From NCBI GenBank assembly GCA_964016885.1, contig OZ024743.1, forward strand, positions 110,360,001-110,424,000: a stretch of 64,000 nucleotides of DNA, read 5' to 3'. Below the pieces are notes generated by a model. It had not been told where the DNA came from. It did not search any database and worked only from the letters and a program-made list of their open reading frames with translations. The DNA is from Eledone cirrhosa. Its lineage: Eukaryota. How positions within the stretch are numbered: position 1 is the stretch's first letter; every line of letters starts with the position of its first letter. The position numbers were made by a program, and so were the translations under genes. Positions 41,212 to 55,130 of the stretch are shown piece by piece.

Positions 41212-44200
41212 ATGACCTTACTCAGAATAGGCAGCATAAATGTGCGTGTCTTCGGTCGTCTTGGAAGCAGGGCCACCTGCTCAACGACCTCAGGTCACTA
41301 AACATAGATGCAGTGGCCGTCAGCGAGACGAGAATCTCCGAAGCACGGGCCTTCGCACCGATCTTCGGCGGCTACGATGTGTACGCATCTCCCAGCCGTC
41401 CGGGATCGGGGGGAAGGAGTTGCTGTGCTTTTTAGGAGAGGTTTGTATCTCGCCATACGGACCATCTTCCTGGACCCAGAAGGTAAGTTAGTGGTGCTAG
41501 ACGTGACCAGCGGAGACGGGCAATATTTCTGGCTAGTAGCCGCCTATGCCCCGACAGGAGCAGGGCGGCCTGATTTCTTCCGGCGTCTGGAGACCTTTCT
41601 TGGAATGTCCCGCTCTTTAGTGTTAGTGGGTGTCTGGAACGGGATCTTAGATGCACGCTGGGACTGTGTGGGATTAGCGGATAGGGGAGGAGGGTGCAAG
41701 AGCCTCACCAACCTGCTCAGGCGTTTTGAACTGTCTGACAGGTACCGATTGGATTTCCCGAATGTGCCAATGTGGACTTGGACAAATCGCATAGGGTCAT
41801 CCAGATCATATCTAGATAGAGTATTTTGTAGAGAAATAGATAGGTCTAGCATAGGCTGTCCACAATTCAAGATAGTCAGCTACACGGACCACGAATTCGT
41901 GATCTGTGTACTTGACTTAGATAGGCTTCATAGACGAGGCCATGCTACTGGAAGCTAAACGCGTCCTTACCAGCGCGCAAGGCATACAAAGACCGGATTA
42001 GCGAACTAGTTAAGCAGGCGTTGACGGGGGCCATCGTCAACAACAAGTGGTGGTTTGCTCTGAAAAGAGCAATTAGAATAGAGTCCATTAGGTTTAGTAA
42101 GGCTTTAGCAATACAGAAAAATAGAGCAGAGGGAGAATTAGTTAGAAAATTAGACGAGGCGCGTAGCAAAGGCATCGCGACCGACGTACTTGCGGCGAAA
42201 TTAGCCCTTGACCATTTCTTCAATGCAAAGCACGAAGGCTGCGTTGTCAGAGCTAGGGTGGGTGATCTCAGACACGAGGGGACGAAAGCCGTTCAATGGG
42301 CCCGAGTGGCGGAGGCGCATCGTGGCAACAAAGCCACGATCCGGTCTTTGGTGGACCACGACGGGCGCATGCTACTGGATCTCGGGCAAATGTGTAAAGC
42401 TTTTCAGCGACACTTCGCTCAGTTGTTCGGGGGCAGCGGAGGGCCGGATCGAGGGATGGACTTTAGTGTCTACCTCGACGGACTGCCGCGGCTCTCGGCC
42501 ACTGACGCGGAGTGTTGCGAAAAGCCGATAACAGCCGCTGAAGTACGGGAGGCAATGACTAGCTGCACAAGGGGTAAAACGCCTGGTTTGGATGGTCTGC
42601 CCTATGAACTTTACGTACAGATGCCAGACTTGTTCGGAGGCCTCTTGGCGGATGTCTACTGCAACTGGCAACAGAACGGGAGAATTCCCAGCTCTGAGAG
42701 CCGAGGAGCTGTGGTTCTGCTGAGAAAGGATCCGAACAAGGGGGATAACATAGATAATTTTAGCCCATAACTCTGCTAAACACAGAGTTCAAGATGTTGG
42801 CCAAGGTGCTAGCAAAGAGGTGGCGCATGTCGTTGGTTGTCTGGGGGGAGAGGGGCAGACATGCGCAATTTCCGACAGATCCATCCACGACAACCTCCAC
42901 CTCATGCGATACATCGTAGAGTGTAGCTAGGGAATCTGGCACGGTTGGGTCCTTGATCAGTTTAGATCAGTCGAAAGCTTTCGATAGGTTCGACCATTGT
43001 TACCTAGCGGTAGTCCTCAGGGCGGCTGGCTTTGGGCCTGTCTTCAGAGGCTGGATTGCTGCCATGCACAGCGACATCTGCTCTGTGGTGAGAGTGAACG
43101 GTCACCTTTCGGAACCGTTCAACATCATGCGCTCGGTCCGCCAAGGATGACCCCTCTCGTCCCTCTTGTACGTATTGACCCTCGAGCCATTACTGCACAA
43201 ACTGGAGACGTTGAGGGGGGTCCCACGCGAACTAGGATGCGGAAGATCCGTGTCAGCATATGCGGACAATGTCACCGTAGTGTTGTCGAACGCCAAACAC
43301 ATCGAGGAGATCGTCACTACACTAAGAGAATACGAAGGCACACGGAGTGGCAGGTCCATGCCGTCAAACAGCGTCGTCGGGCGCTGGATGGACGGACGGG
43401 TTAAATTGCTCGGGGTCTGGTTATGTCCGGATCTCCAGACGGACAAAAACTGGGACGAGGTGACGAGCAGGGTGGCTTCTCTCACCCAGAAATGGGCCGA
43501 GAGGAAGCTATCCCTGAAAGATCGAGCGGAGGTGGCCAACGCGTATATCGCATCCGTCATCTACTACCGCTTGACCGTCGTACCTTGTCCTAAGCCCCGC
43601 CTGACTGCGCTGGAGCGTTTGCTCTTTCGCTTTTTGTGGAAGGGACGCGCTCCGATGGCCAGGCGGTCCATCTGCTGTCAACACCCGCTACGTGGAGGGC
43701 TGGGAATGCCGTGGCTGATGATGCGCAGATACGCTCAGGCTACGACATATCCACCTCTCCCTCGACGGTGATCAGGTGTGGTCTCGGTTTGCTAGACACG
43801 TCTTTCCCCAGCTCGTCTCCTTGACGGAGCTGCAGACCTGGGTCAAGCGAAGACCGAGAGGGAGCGCTTGGATACTGGAATGTCTTCAGGCGCTCACCAC
43901 CCTCGACCAATCGGGCAATGTGATCGGTGGAAACTCCACCTCGGCGTTCTACAGAGGATTAGTGGAGGGGAAGAGCGACGCCGTACTTGGGGAAACTCTA
44001 GACGTCGACGAAATCAACTAGCCAATCTCTTCGGAAGAACTTTCGGGCCGGGACCTATGGACAACTTCCAGAAATCTCTGGCCTGGCAGTGCTACCGAGG
44101 AGCTTTGCCAGTTCGGGATAAACTCTACAGGCATGGAGGTGCCGTCAGTCGGGCATGTCCGAGATGCGCGCAGGGCGACGAAACCGTCCTGCACGCATCG

Positions 44201-44571
44201 TCCAGTGTCCGAAAATTGCTGACTTGTGGGTTTATGTCGAACACCTGCTGTCGCGCGTAGGACGGATCCGGCTATCATCTGGGTCCATTGTGAAGATTGC
44301 TCCGCCCTCTTCCTTTAACCGGGAATGGCAGGGAGTTTTTATATGTCTGGTGGCCATAGTGAAAGAGATAGTATGGTGGACACGTTTGAAAGGGCTGAAG
44401 ACGAGCACTTTCCTCTTCGGTAATGCCTTGATTGACTTTTTCAAATTTCATTTGAAAAGGAAAATCAGAGTAGAGAGGGGAGTGCTCTCTTTCCAGCATT
44501 TTGTTGAAAGATGGGTGAGAGAAGCAAGAATGGCCCGAGTGAATGGGCCTAATCTGAGTACGTATCTGTAA
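41212..44571 (+). pseudogene. Tx1 ORF2 (APE endonuclease + RT + cysteine motif); multiple frameshifts
   Basis: RIGSINVR, VAVSET, SYLDR, YTDH, PGLDGL, DQSKAFDR, RQG*PLS, YADN and CPRC..ETVLH. Confidence 0.92.
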
Positions 44572-44829
44572 ATTAAAGATGGAAAACTGGGAGAGGGCAC
44601 TTGCCTTGGTGGTCAGGGTCACTGTGGCCTTTTACTGGGCTTTCTCCACAAATGTCCCTCCGAAGTCTCCCCCCTATTGGGGAATTTTTCATTGTTATTT
44701 TTTGTTACATCCTCTGTTTTTGTTTTTTACACGCAGAAATGCCCATTTGTACCGTCCTGTATTGTCGTGCACTGCACTTAATGTCTACTTTATGTGAACC
44801 CTTGTGGTTAATAAAGAAATCATTATTAA

Positions 44830-44887
<58 letters not shown>

Positions 44888-44889
44888 GT

Positions 44890-47800
44890 TCTAAGCGGAC
44901 GTATTTTGCTCGCTCCCAGTAAGTCGCTGTATTTGCCTGTTAAAATTATTTGTTGTTAAATATTTCTTGTTGTGTAAGGGATATATGCCCTTAGACCTTG
45001 CTCTGTGAAGGGGAAAGTATAATATTTGGGCCTTTTGGCCCAAATATTTGAACTTTTTTGCATTTAAAAAAATTTACGGAGAAAAAAAAAACATGGCTGA
45101 GTCACGCAAGCGCGATATGTATGCTGTCGTGCCACAACGACGTAAAAGTTGTTGAGAGGATCGCTACAGCGAAATAAACACATATTGAAAACACAAGCAC
45201 CACCACACACAAAGTAAACAAAGACACCAATGATACCAATGGGAACTCTAATTTTAACAGCGACAACGAAAATACAGATAACAAAAAAAAAAAATGACTA
45301 ATGCAACAACAATATCAACACCACTAACATGAACCGACAACGCCAACACCAACAATACCAACTGCACCGAGAACAACGGTGGCAACAAAGACAACAATGA
45401 TAACAGCGACAGTGATAACAACAACACCAACAAGAACAACGACAACGACAACAACACTCCCAACGAAAACAAGAAGAGCACTTTCGCTGCGGCAGCAGAA
45501 AAAAAGAGGCCATGCTTCAAACAAAGATGAAAAGTTGGCCCAGGCATGGAAGCTCATCAATTAAAAGCAAACCTGGGCCAACTTAACTGTCCCGGTAGAA
45601 GCTATTGAGGCAGGGCAGCGCAGAACGGTGCATTATAGATGCATCTCAGTTCAAACTAAAAGGGCAGCTTTAATCCCACAAGAAGATATCGAAGTGGCGC
45701 TGAGGTGCATCAGAGAAGACACCGAATACATAGAGAGGGGCAGACAGTACGGCACCATTTCGGTGTTGTTCAAGTCAGAAGCCCTCGCTATGAAACACGC
45801 TATGTCTCCTTGCAAAACCAGCAAGGTCATAATGTACCCCTCCCACATGGGAAAAAGAACGGCCCGTCTCCGCATTCCCAGAATCCCACCAGGACTTGAC
45901 ATATGGTGGCTTCTGGGATGTGTGATTCTGGAGGGGACGGATGCCCTATAGACGTGACCAGAACGGCCAGAGAGGACTGGTCCGGGGTTGACCTGGAGAT
46001 CCTTCTCAAGATCAGGCCCGAGAATGTGAAGACAATCCTGGACCACATCTGCCTTCATAATGGGACGTTTATTCACATTCTGACCGAAGGCAAAAGGCCC
46101 CAGTGATTTGTTTGGGTGGAAAAAACCCATTTGCGAGCCTTCTGCCCTCAACTCTGAAACAGGCAAGGGGTCGAAAGGCTCCACTGCAGCCGACGCCGGG
46201 GCGAGGACCACAAACAACACCAGCACCGGCAAGACCACCAACATCAACACCAATAGAAAGACCACCACCAGCATTGACCACCCAGGGGGGAAACGAGGAA
46301 AGCTGTCAAATCCCCCCTCCCCCCCAAAATACACACACCAATAAAACCATAAACATACATACAGACAAACTTACAGACACAGGCCCCTCATCTACCAGTA
46401 GTGAAGATGAGGGAAAACCAAAATCCCCCAAAATACAAAAAAGGTAACACAAAAAGAAAAAAAAAATCAACAAAGCACAATATCACCCACAATGAAAAAC
46501 GTACATGCCACCCACGCAAACACCTCTCCAATAGCACCAACATCAACATCAACATCTCCATCACCAGAATCTCCCAAACGCAAACAACCTAAACAGACGC
46601 AAGAACAAATATACACACAAATATCTGAAACCACAGGCAGCGCACTCACGACAAACACAGACATATCTGAAACAACACCACCAAAACCATCACTACCAGA
46701 GCCACGCAAACAAATAAAATCACACCAACAAAACATACAAAACTTCGTGCTCGTCAGGAGGGCCAACAAGGAACTGATGGCCCTCGTAGCACGAAGTGAA
46801 AATATACAAAAAGAGTGGGACATTTTTAAATCGAGCACATTTCGCGTGCCGGAAGATTTGGTTCGGGTGCGAATGTCGATCGACTTATACAAAGAAATAC
46901 GAGACAGCTTTCCTCGGGACGTGGAAACCCCGAACGTAAAACCCACTTCAAGACTTTTAAAGGGGTTCCCAAAAGAAACCCCACCAACTATGGAGTCGAA
47001 CAACCCGACCATCACAAGAAGTTAAGTAAACCTATCAGATCTTTGCATCTGTTAGCCGGCTGGGAATGGGAGGTGGGGTGGCAGTGCTGTTTAGGAAAGG
47101 CCTGGATCTCGAGGTAAGGTCGATCTTCCGGGACCCGGACGGGAAGTTGGTGGTCCTAGACGTGAACAATAAGGAAGGTGGTGCCTTTAGACTGGGGGCC
47201 GTCTATGCTCCTAGTGGGACAGGATGGCCGGGCTTGTTTAGACGCCTGAAAGCCTTTCTGGGTACGTCTCGCCCTTTACTGTTAGCGGGGGACTTGAGCG
47301 GCATCTTAGACGCACGCTGAGACTGTGTGGCACTATCCGATAGGAGCGAGGAGTACAAAACCCTCAAGAACCGGATCAGCCAGTTCCAACTGTCTGACAG
47401 GTACCGACTAGATTTCCCTAATGCGCCAGTGGGGACCTGGGCTAAACGTATAGTGTCATCTAGATTGTATATAGACAAGATATTCATTAGGAAAATAGAC
47501 AGAAATAGTGTAAGCTGTCCACGTTTTGAAACGGTCGCCTATTCAGATCACAAGTTTGTGATCTGTATGGTCGACCTATATAAGACGCAGAGGTTAGGAC
47601 CTGGTTACTGGAAGGTAAACATGTCATTTCCGGCACGTAAGGCTTACAGGGACCAGGTCAACAATTTAGTTAAGAAAAAGTTCACAGGGGGAGTCGTCAA
47701 CAATAGATGGTGGGGGGGGGGGCTCACAAAAGAGAGATTATAGTAATGTCGATAGAGTTTAGCAAAGAAGTAGCGTTTGAGAACAATGGAAAGGTGGGGG

Positions 47801-48505
47801 AGTTGGTAGATAAGTTACACGAGGCTATTGGTAGTTGCATTGCAACTGACGTGCTAGCGGCGAGAATGGCATTAGACCATTTCTTCAATGCGAAACACGA
47901 AGGTTGCATTGTCAGAGCTAAGGCGCGTGCTCTGAGAAACGAGGGAACCAAAGAAGTTCGATGGGCCCGCATGGCAGAGGCGCAGCGTGGTAATAAAACC
48001 ACGATTCGGTCTTTGACTGACCGAGACGGACACGAGCTGAGCGATTCCAAGCGGATATGTGAGGCTTTTCGCCAACATTTTGCTCGGTTGTTTCGGGGGA
48101 AGTGGAGGGTCATAGATGGTGGCGGACCTCAATCCCTACCTCGATGGTTTGCCGCAACTCTCGACGACTGACGCTGGGCGCTGCGAAAGGCCAATTACTT
48201 CAGCCGAGATTCAGGATGCCCTTGTCGGCTGCATGAGGCGCAAGTCACCCGGTTTGGATGGTCTGCCCTACGAGCTTTACGTAAATATGCCAGACTTGTT
48301 CTACAATTTCCTCGAAGCACTCTACTGCAAATGGCTGCTAAACGGGAGTATTCCCAGTTCTGTGAGCCGGGGCGTAGTGTCGCTGATAAGGAAAGACGAG
48401 AACAAGAGGGACACATTAGACAATTGCAGGCCCATAACTCTGCTCAACACAGAGTTTAAGATTTTGACCAGGGTGTTAGCGAAGAGGTTAGATCTTGTCG
48501 TCGGA
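44890..48505 (+). mobile_element. Tx1-clade LINE, family B (5' UTR, ORF1, APE, RT N-terminal part), 3'-truncated; directly follows the family A tail
   Basis: ORF1 RGRQYGTISVLF homologous to family A; ORF2 GGGVAVLFRKG, YSDH, PGYWK, PGLDGLPYE and RPITLLN. Confidence 0.9.
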
Positions 48506-48509
48506 CCAA

Positions 48510-51020
48510 CACATAAAAGGCAATACAAAAGGCCAGGGACAGTGGACTTTCCACTGTTTCTATTGCTCGACTCGATGGTGGCAGTGAGTGACTGGCATCA
48601 TTGCAGATACCTGAGGCCCAATGTCGGTCTTCGCTTGATCCGCAATTGCTGCTCATTCAACGAGACGGGATATGAGATTATTCGTCTAACAAACAGTGAA
48701 AGCACAATTTCACCGTTCATGAATATCTGGAGATGCCGCAGCTTCAGCGCATATTTGCTCATCAACAACCATGGCTTGTCTAGTCAACCCCGTAGAGCGT
48801 GCTGGCTGCGGATAGACGGCCTCTCCAATAAAACCGGTCCCTTCTACAACCTATTGAAGTTCAAGCGTGCTGATTTGGGGAAGCGTGAACGGGAACAAAT
48901 TACAACAGTCGCGTGGTAATAGATGACAGAAGCTCTGTACGCGTCCTTTCAGGGATAGCTTCCTCTCGACTCATTTCTGAGTAGATTGGCCAACCTGCTC
49001 TTTACCCTGACCAAGAAAGTTCTTATCGGCCGAGAGCTGTTGCTATAGTAGACCAAAAGCATCTTTATTGGTCCGGCAACCTGGCACCTGCTAAATGGCA
49101 TGGATATGCCACTCGAGCTGCTGCGCTACAAAGCCATGGATTTTTCAGGGTTGATTTTTGCCACTTTCATATTCCTCTAAGAAGGTGCCGACGAGTTTGA
49201 TACAATCCCGCGGACGTCTCCATATGCTAACACATACCTTCCTTGTCCTGTTTTGAGCGTGATGCTCTCTAACCGAAGCAGCATCTGCAGTTATGAGATT
49301 AAAATACGTACAAAACATAGTAGAGAGGTCATCTTTGACGGACTGAACGTTGATCTGGAACGTTTCTGATGATTTGTCGTTGACTTTAACCAACGATAAT
49401 ATGTTTCTGAGCATTGCCGCGATGCTGCCTACGAAAATGGTGTTGAAGACGTTTGCATTGGGGGATAGCTTCCACGTATGGATAGTCGACATTATCAAAA
49501 GCTTATGATTGTTCTAAATTGAACAAAGTCAAACCGACGCAAGATTTGCACACTACCTTCTCTATGATATGCCGCATGAGGTGGAGGTTGTGTATGGGCC
49601 TGGTCGGGACTGCGCCCGTGTTTGTGGCTCACCTACCAGGCTTAGTCGACAAGCACCAACCTTGTTGCTAGCACCTTGACCAACATGTTAATCTCTGTTA
49701 TAGCAGATCTATGAGACGGAAAATTATCGATGATGTCCCTTCATCTCCTCTTTCCTCCTCAGCGTATTTATGCCCTGACTCACTGAACAGTGAGTAATCT
49801 CATTCCTCTGCTAGTTGCAGTAGATGGCTAAGAGAAGACTGAAGTACAAGTCTGGCATCTCCTCATAGAACATATATGGCAGAGCAGTCTAACCGGGCCA
49901 ATTGCGTCGCTAACAGTCATCTAGGTGCCTAAGAAACTTGGTCAATGTTATCAGCATATCGCAGCACTCTGCAACTGCAGCCGAGTGTAGTGGCAGTTAT
50001 TGATGTAAGAACTGAAGTCTGATACGGTTTTCAAACCCCGCTCTCCTCTAAGACTGGGGCAAAGTGCAGGGGAAATACTATACACATTTCCATTGAATCG
50101 ACGTGATCGTGTTCGTCTCAGGCCGTAATAGAGTGAATTCTGATGTTGTATTCAAGAGATAACATCGGGATTCTACTTACATTCCGGGCGCTCGATTCAT
50201 GATTGGTGGGACTTTGGAACCAATGTTGTTATTGCAATTTGTTGGCCCTTGGTGTTGGCAGTTGGTGTGTGTGTGTTTTGTTCTCGTTCGCTCTCTTGTG
50301 TTGAGCGCAGAAACATTTAAATGGCAACGTTGTCCATTCAGATGCCAATAGTTTCATCTGCATTCAACAAAAACTCGGAAATTCAATCCACCTGGCAGGC
50401 GAATGTGTTCTGTGTTTTTGTGGATGTTGTATGATTTGAGGTGGATCAGTGCATCCACACTAATCACAGACAAGTTCTCTTTTCCTTTTCGTCTTACCTC
50501 CAGGAGTTTTGTGTTACATTCCTCTAAGTCGATGCAAACCAATACCCAGATGTTTTCTTCTGCTGGGATTCCTGAAAAGTTCATCATCATTCTTATTTAT
50601 TATTTTCTTTAGTTATTATTGTTATGATGGCAGCGTTGATGACACTTTTAGCAGCGGGAACTTGATGCTGTTTTTTGGTGCTGTTTCTGATTCTATTATT
50701 GTTGCTGCAGATGGTGCTACTGACACTGTATTTTACTATTTTGCCGTTCTTTTTTGCGGATGACTCGCACTTCTCGTCAGTAGACGTAAACTCCTCGTCT
50801 GCCATCTTTTTTTTTTCAAACAACAATTGACAGTCTTTTTCGATAAACAAATACTGGTTTGTCTCGTAAAGGTTAGAGATAGATATAAAATAACCAGATT
50901 TCGAACATACTGCTTAGATTATTTACAAAATAGTTACAAATGTGCAATACATTAGGTTGAATAACTGTGAAAATATAACAAACCTACTGAGAGATTTATG
51001 AGATTGTGTCGAGACACGAT
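48510..51020 (-). mobile_element. Older, heavily deleted Tx1-clade LINE on the opposite strand
   Basis: Minus-strand RT remnants matching family A ORF2 (cgcatgaggtggaggttg, cctttcagggatagcttcctctc) and an ORF1 remnant IPAEENIWVL..EVRRKGKENLS, homologous to IPWL..KQENWS. Confidence 0.7.
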
Positions 51021-51059
51021 GCAATGATGATGATGAAGATAATAATAGTAATAATATAT

Positions 51060-51400
51060 GTATTCATTCCATAGAATAAAATGTAGTCATCATTATACCG
51101 ATATAATAAAGTTACAAACCTGACATCAATTTTCAATATACAAGTGACAAAAAGGTCTTAATAATTGACATAGCAATACTGAATGACACAAATATCGTGC
51201 AGCAGCAAGCTGTTAAGCTTAGGATTTATGCATAATTAGCTATTGATTTGTAAGTCTTATGGAATGTATGAAATATGTCAATTATCTGATTTTTAATTGC
51301 TACAATGAGAATGAAATGCAAAGTATAAAGACATAATCAGCACGTTACCTATTCATATTTACACAGGCACGTTCTGGAAAACACTTCTTTAATAATACAT
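51060..51400 (+). mobile_element. Very degenerate R4/Dong endonuclease fragment
   Basis: YKPDI..LIIDIAILND resembles RPDI..LLIDMSVP; follows a TAA-like tract. Confidence 0.45.
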
Positions 51401-51904
51401 TAGTTAACGTTTAATAACTTCCAAAATGTGCGTAATTATTTTTGGTACAATATCAGAAACTCAAAATCCCGAAAATAAAATAAAAAGATAAAATGTTATA
51501 ATGAACGTAATATTAATGTCATTCTTAATTATGATGAGCATGAGGAGGAAGGAAAGAGGAGAAGGAAAAGGAAGAACGAGGAGGTGAAAGAAAATTATTA
51601 AAAAAACTATTCTGATAATGATGATGAAAACCATGGTGATGGTTATGATAATGTTGACCGTAGAATATGAATATTATTACTTGCATTGTGAATTTGTTGG
51701 TGATATAAATAAGGTTTTAGGAAATAAATACTTACATGTAATGAAGAATTCTGTTCGATCCAACTTCCTTTTCCGGCATTACCACCCCCATCCATCCTTC
51801 CGAGGGTGATAAAACAAAATACCAGTAGGAATATATCTGATCGACGTTCCTCTTTCCGCAAATTACAGGTCTAGGTTAATGCTAGAAGTAATGAAGTCGA
51901 AAAT

Positions 51905-52080
51905 AGGCACAATGCCAGCAATTTTGGTGGAAAGGAAAGTCGACTGAAGTGCATGATTGATGCTTTATTTTATTGACCCTGTAAGGATGAAAGTCAAAGC
52001 AACCTAGGCGGATTTGAACTCAGAACGTAAAGTAACGTTAATCTGTTTCATAAAGCATGTTGTCAGACGTTTTAGCGAAT
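51905..52080 (-). mobile_element. SINE, diverged
   Basis: ggcacaatgccagcaatt..gaccctgtaaggatgaaag..gatttgaactcagaacg. Confidence 0.75.
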
Positions 52081-52165
52081 AATGGTAATCAAAATTGTCT
52101 TTTACTACTGCTGTGATTCTCTCTCTCTCACTTTCTCTCTATATATCTATCTATCTATTTATCTC

Positions 52166-52216
<51 letters not shown>

Positions 52217-52235
52217 CAGAGCACCAATCCTAATT

Positions 52236-52277
<42 letters not shown>

Positions 52278-52480
52278 GATAAATCTACCAAGAGTTTACG
52301 GTAGTGTCCAATCCGTATGAAGAACTCAATGTATTCCGGATATCATGGAAAGAAGAGATGTAATGAAAAATCACTTTCGGTGAAAGATAAACGGTATACA
52401 GAGTCAAGATAAAATATTAAACAAATAATGAATAAAACAATGAAACAGTTCCTTATATTAAACAAAAAAAGTTCATTATT

Positions 52481-52554
52481 CCTTACGGGGTCGATAAAAT
52501 AAAGTACCAGTAATGCACTGGGTAATTGGTGGCCTTGTGCCAAAAGTAGAAACA
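52481..52554 (+). mobile_element. 5'-truncated SINE in the left arm only; TSD ATTATT
   Basis: TSD at 52475-52480 and 52555-52560; the empty site is seen in the right arm at about 61710-61720. Confidence 0.92.
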
Positions 52555-52702
52555 ATTATTTAACGATCGTTTCTAGGATATATATGTGTTAGAATTGGCA
52601 TGCATATTCAACAGATCTATGTATAAAATTATACAAAATTATACAAACTATCAAGATTAAATATACATACCAACACATATATACGCCGTCTTCAGAAATA
52701 AT
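52555..52702 (-). ncRNA. Type-I hammerhead motif with long stem II (left-arm copy)
   Basis: Reverse complement of 61568-61715. Confidence 0.72.
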
Positions 52703-53299
52703 GAAATATATTTATTGATAATAACAACAATTCAAAATTTCAGGTCCGTTTGGGAACAAAATTGACCAATGAAAATACAAAAGGTTTTATGCAGTTCGGT
52801 GTGTGTATATACATGTAACTACCCCGTACTCATATTTATACAAAAATGTATGCTCAACATGCATACGTTTGCCAAAAAGATGCATGCAAATACAAAATTT
52901 CAAGGTTAATGTCTCTGTAAGTTTATAATGCACAGATAAGATGCGTATAGACACATAAATATGAAATAAGTCTATACACATATTCTCATACTCACACATA
53001 TCCGTACAATCACACACACGCGCGCGTATATGCATAAACATACACATAATTACGAACATACACACACACACATACCCCCACACACATATATATATATGTG
53101 GATATAATATTATCATAAGCACATGGATATTAATTCACTCACATAAACACTGCCACACACATTTAGATCAAGATACAGAAATTAGGTGGGAGGGGGGGAG
53201 AGGTCAGTATTCAACGGTTTGGGCAGACTGCTTATTTATAGATGTATCTATAAACTAAGAAATAAAAAATAAAAATTAAAAAGGAAAGAAAAGAAAAAG

Positions 53300-53358
53300 A
53301 AAAAAGAGAAAAAAGAAATATATCAAGAAAATATATATATATATATACACATATATAT

Positions 53359-53409
<51 letters not shown>

Positions 53410-53497
53410 CACACATCTACACTTAGAACATACATACACACACATATATAAACATATACATATACACACATACACACATATACACACATACATATAA

Positions 53498-53530
<33 letters not shown>

Positions 53531-53806
53531 TACACATATAATCACACATACATATATAGACACACATATATATACACGTACACGCACATATACATACACA
53601 TACATACTTATATACATACAGATATACACATACATACCTATATATACACACAAATACATACAGACATACATACATACATACACACAAATACTTACGCATC
53701 CATATATCGGTATATACATACAAACACCACTACACTCTCACACAACTCAGACATACAAAGAAAAAGGTATATACCTATACACATATACATATACAAATAG
53801 AGATAC

Positions 53807-53877
<71 letters not shown>

Positions 53878-54071
53878 CACATATACACACATACATATAC
53901 ATACACATACATACATGTACACACACATACATATACATACATACACACATACACACATACATATATAGTCATACACACACATACACCTACACGAACATAC
54001 ACATACACATATATAAAGATATATATACACACACACACATACACACACACACATATATATAAAAAATAAAG

Positions 54072-54128
<57 letters not shown>

Positions 54129-54187
54129 TATACATACACATATACATAGACATACATGTACATACATACACATACATACATACATAT

Positions 54188-54228
<41 letters not shown>

Positions 54229-54684
54229 GACACACATATATACATACACACACATATATACTCATACATAGACAAAGATATATATTCATACATACATACG
54301 CACTTACATATACTCATATATACAAATACATACGCATCCATATATGCGTATATACATACAAACACCACTACACTCTCACACAACTCAGACATACAAAGAA
54401 AAAGGTATATACATATACATATATACACACATTAATAGAGATACATATACACATATATATATATATATATATACACATACATTTATATATATACACCCAC
54501 ACACACATACAACCATAAACACACATACAAACACACACATACACACATATATACATACATATATATACACACACACAAAAAACACACATACACATATATA
54601 TTTTTACACATATATATACACATATATATACATATACACACCCTCACATATACACACATACACATAAGTTATATTATAATAATA

Positions 54685-54723
<39 letters not shown>

Positions 54724-54964
54724 CGAATATAGACATATATACACACATAGATATACATATATATATACATATACACACACACACACACACACTCACATAT
54801 ATATGTGCGCACACGCACACATATACACATACACACATATACACATAAACACATACATGTGCATACATGTACATACACACATATACCCACATAGATACGA
54901 AGATAGACATATATATAGAGAGACATACATATATATACACACATATATATACACATACATACAT

Positions 54965-55005
<41 letters not shown>

Positions 55006-55130
55006 CACATACACGCCCACACACATATACACATATACACATATATATATATATATATACACATACACATATATATATACATGCATATATACACATATAT
55101 ATATACACACACACATATATATATACACAC
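53300..55130. repeat. Complex (TA/CA) satellite inside the PLE 3' region, with an internal ~640 bp duplication; mirrored at about 59135-60940
   Basis: catacaaacaccactacactctcacacaactcagacatacaaagaaaaagg at about 53716 and 54355. Confidence 0.85.

Larger units (their letters stand above)
39016..44821 (+). mobile_element. Full-length L1/Tx1-clade LINE, family A
   Basis: Starts GGCGACCTACGTAG after (TTA)n, the same 5' end as at 33512; ORF1 and ORF2 present; AATAAA and (TTA)n tail to about 44889. Confidence 0.95.
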
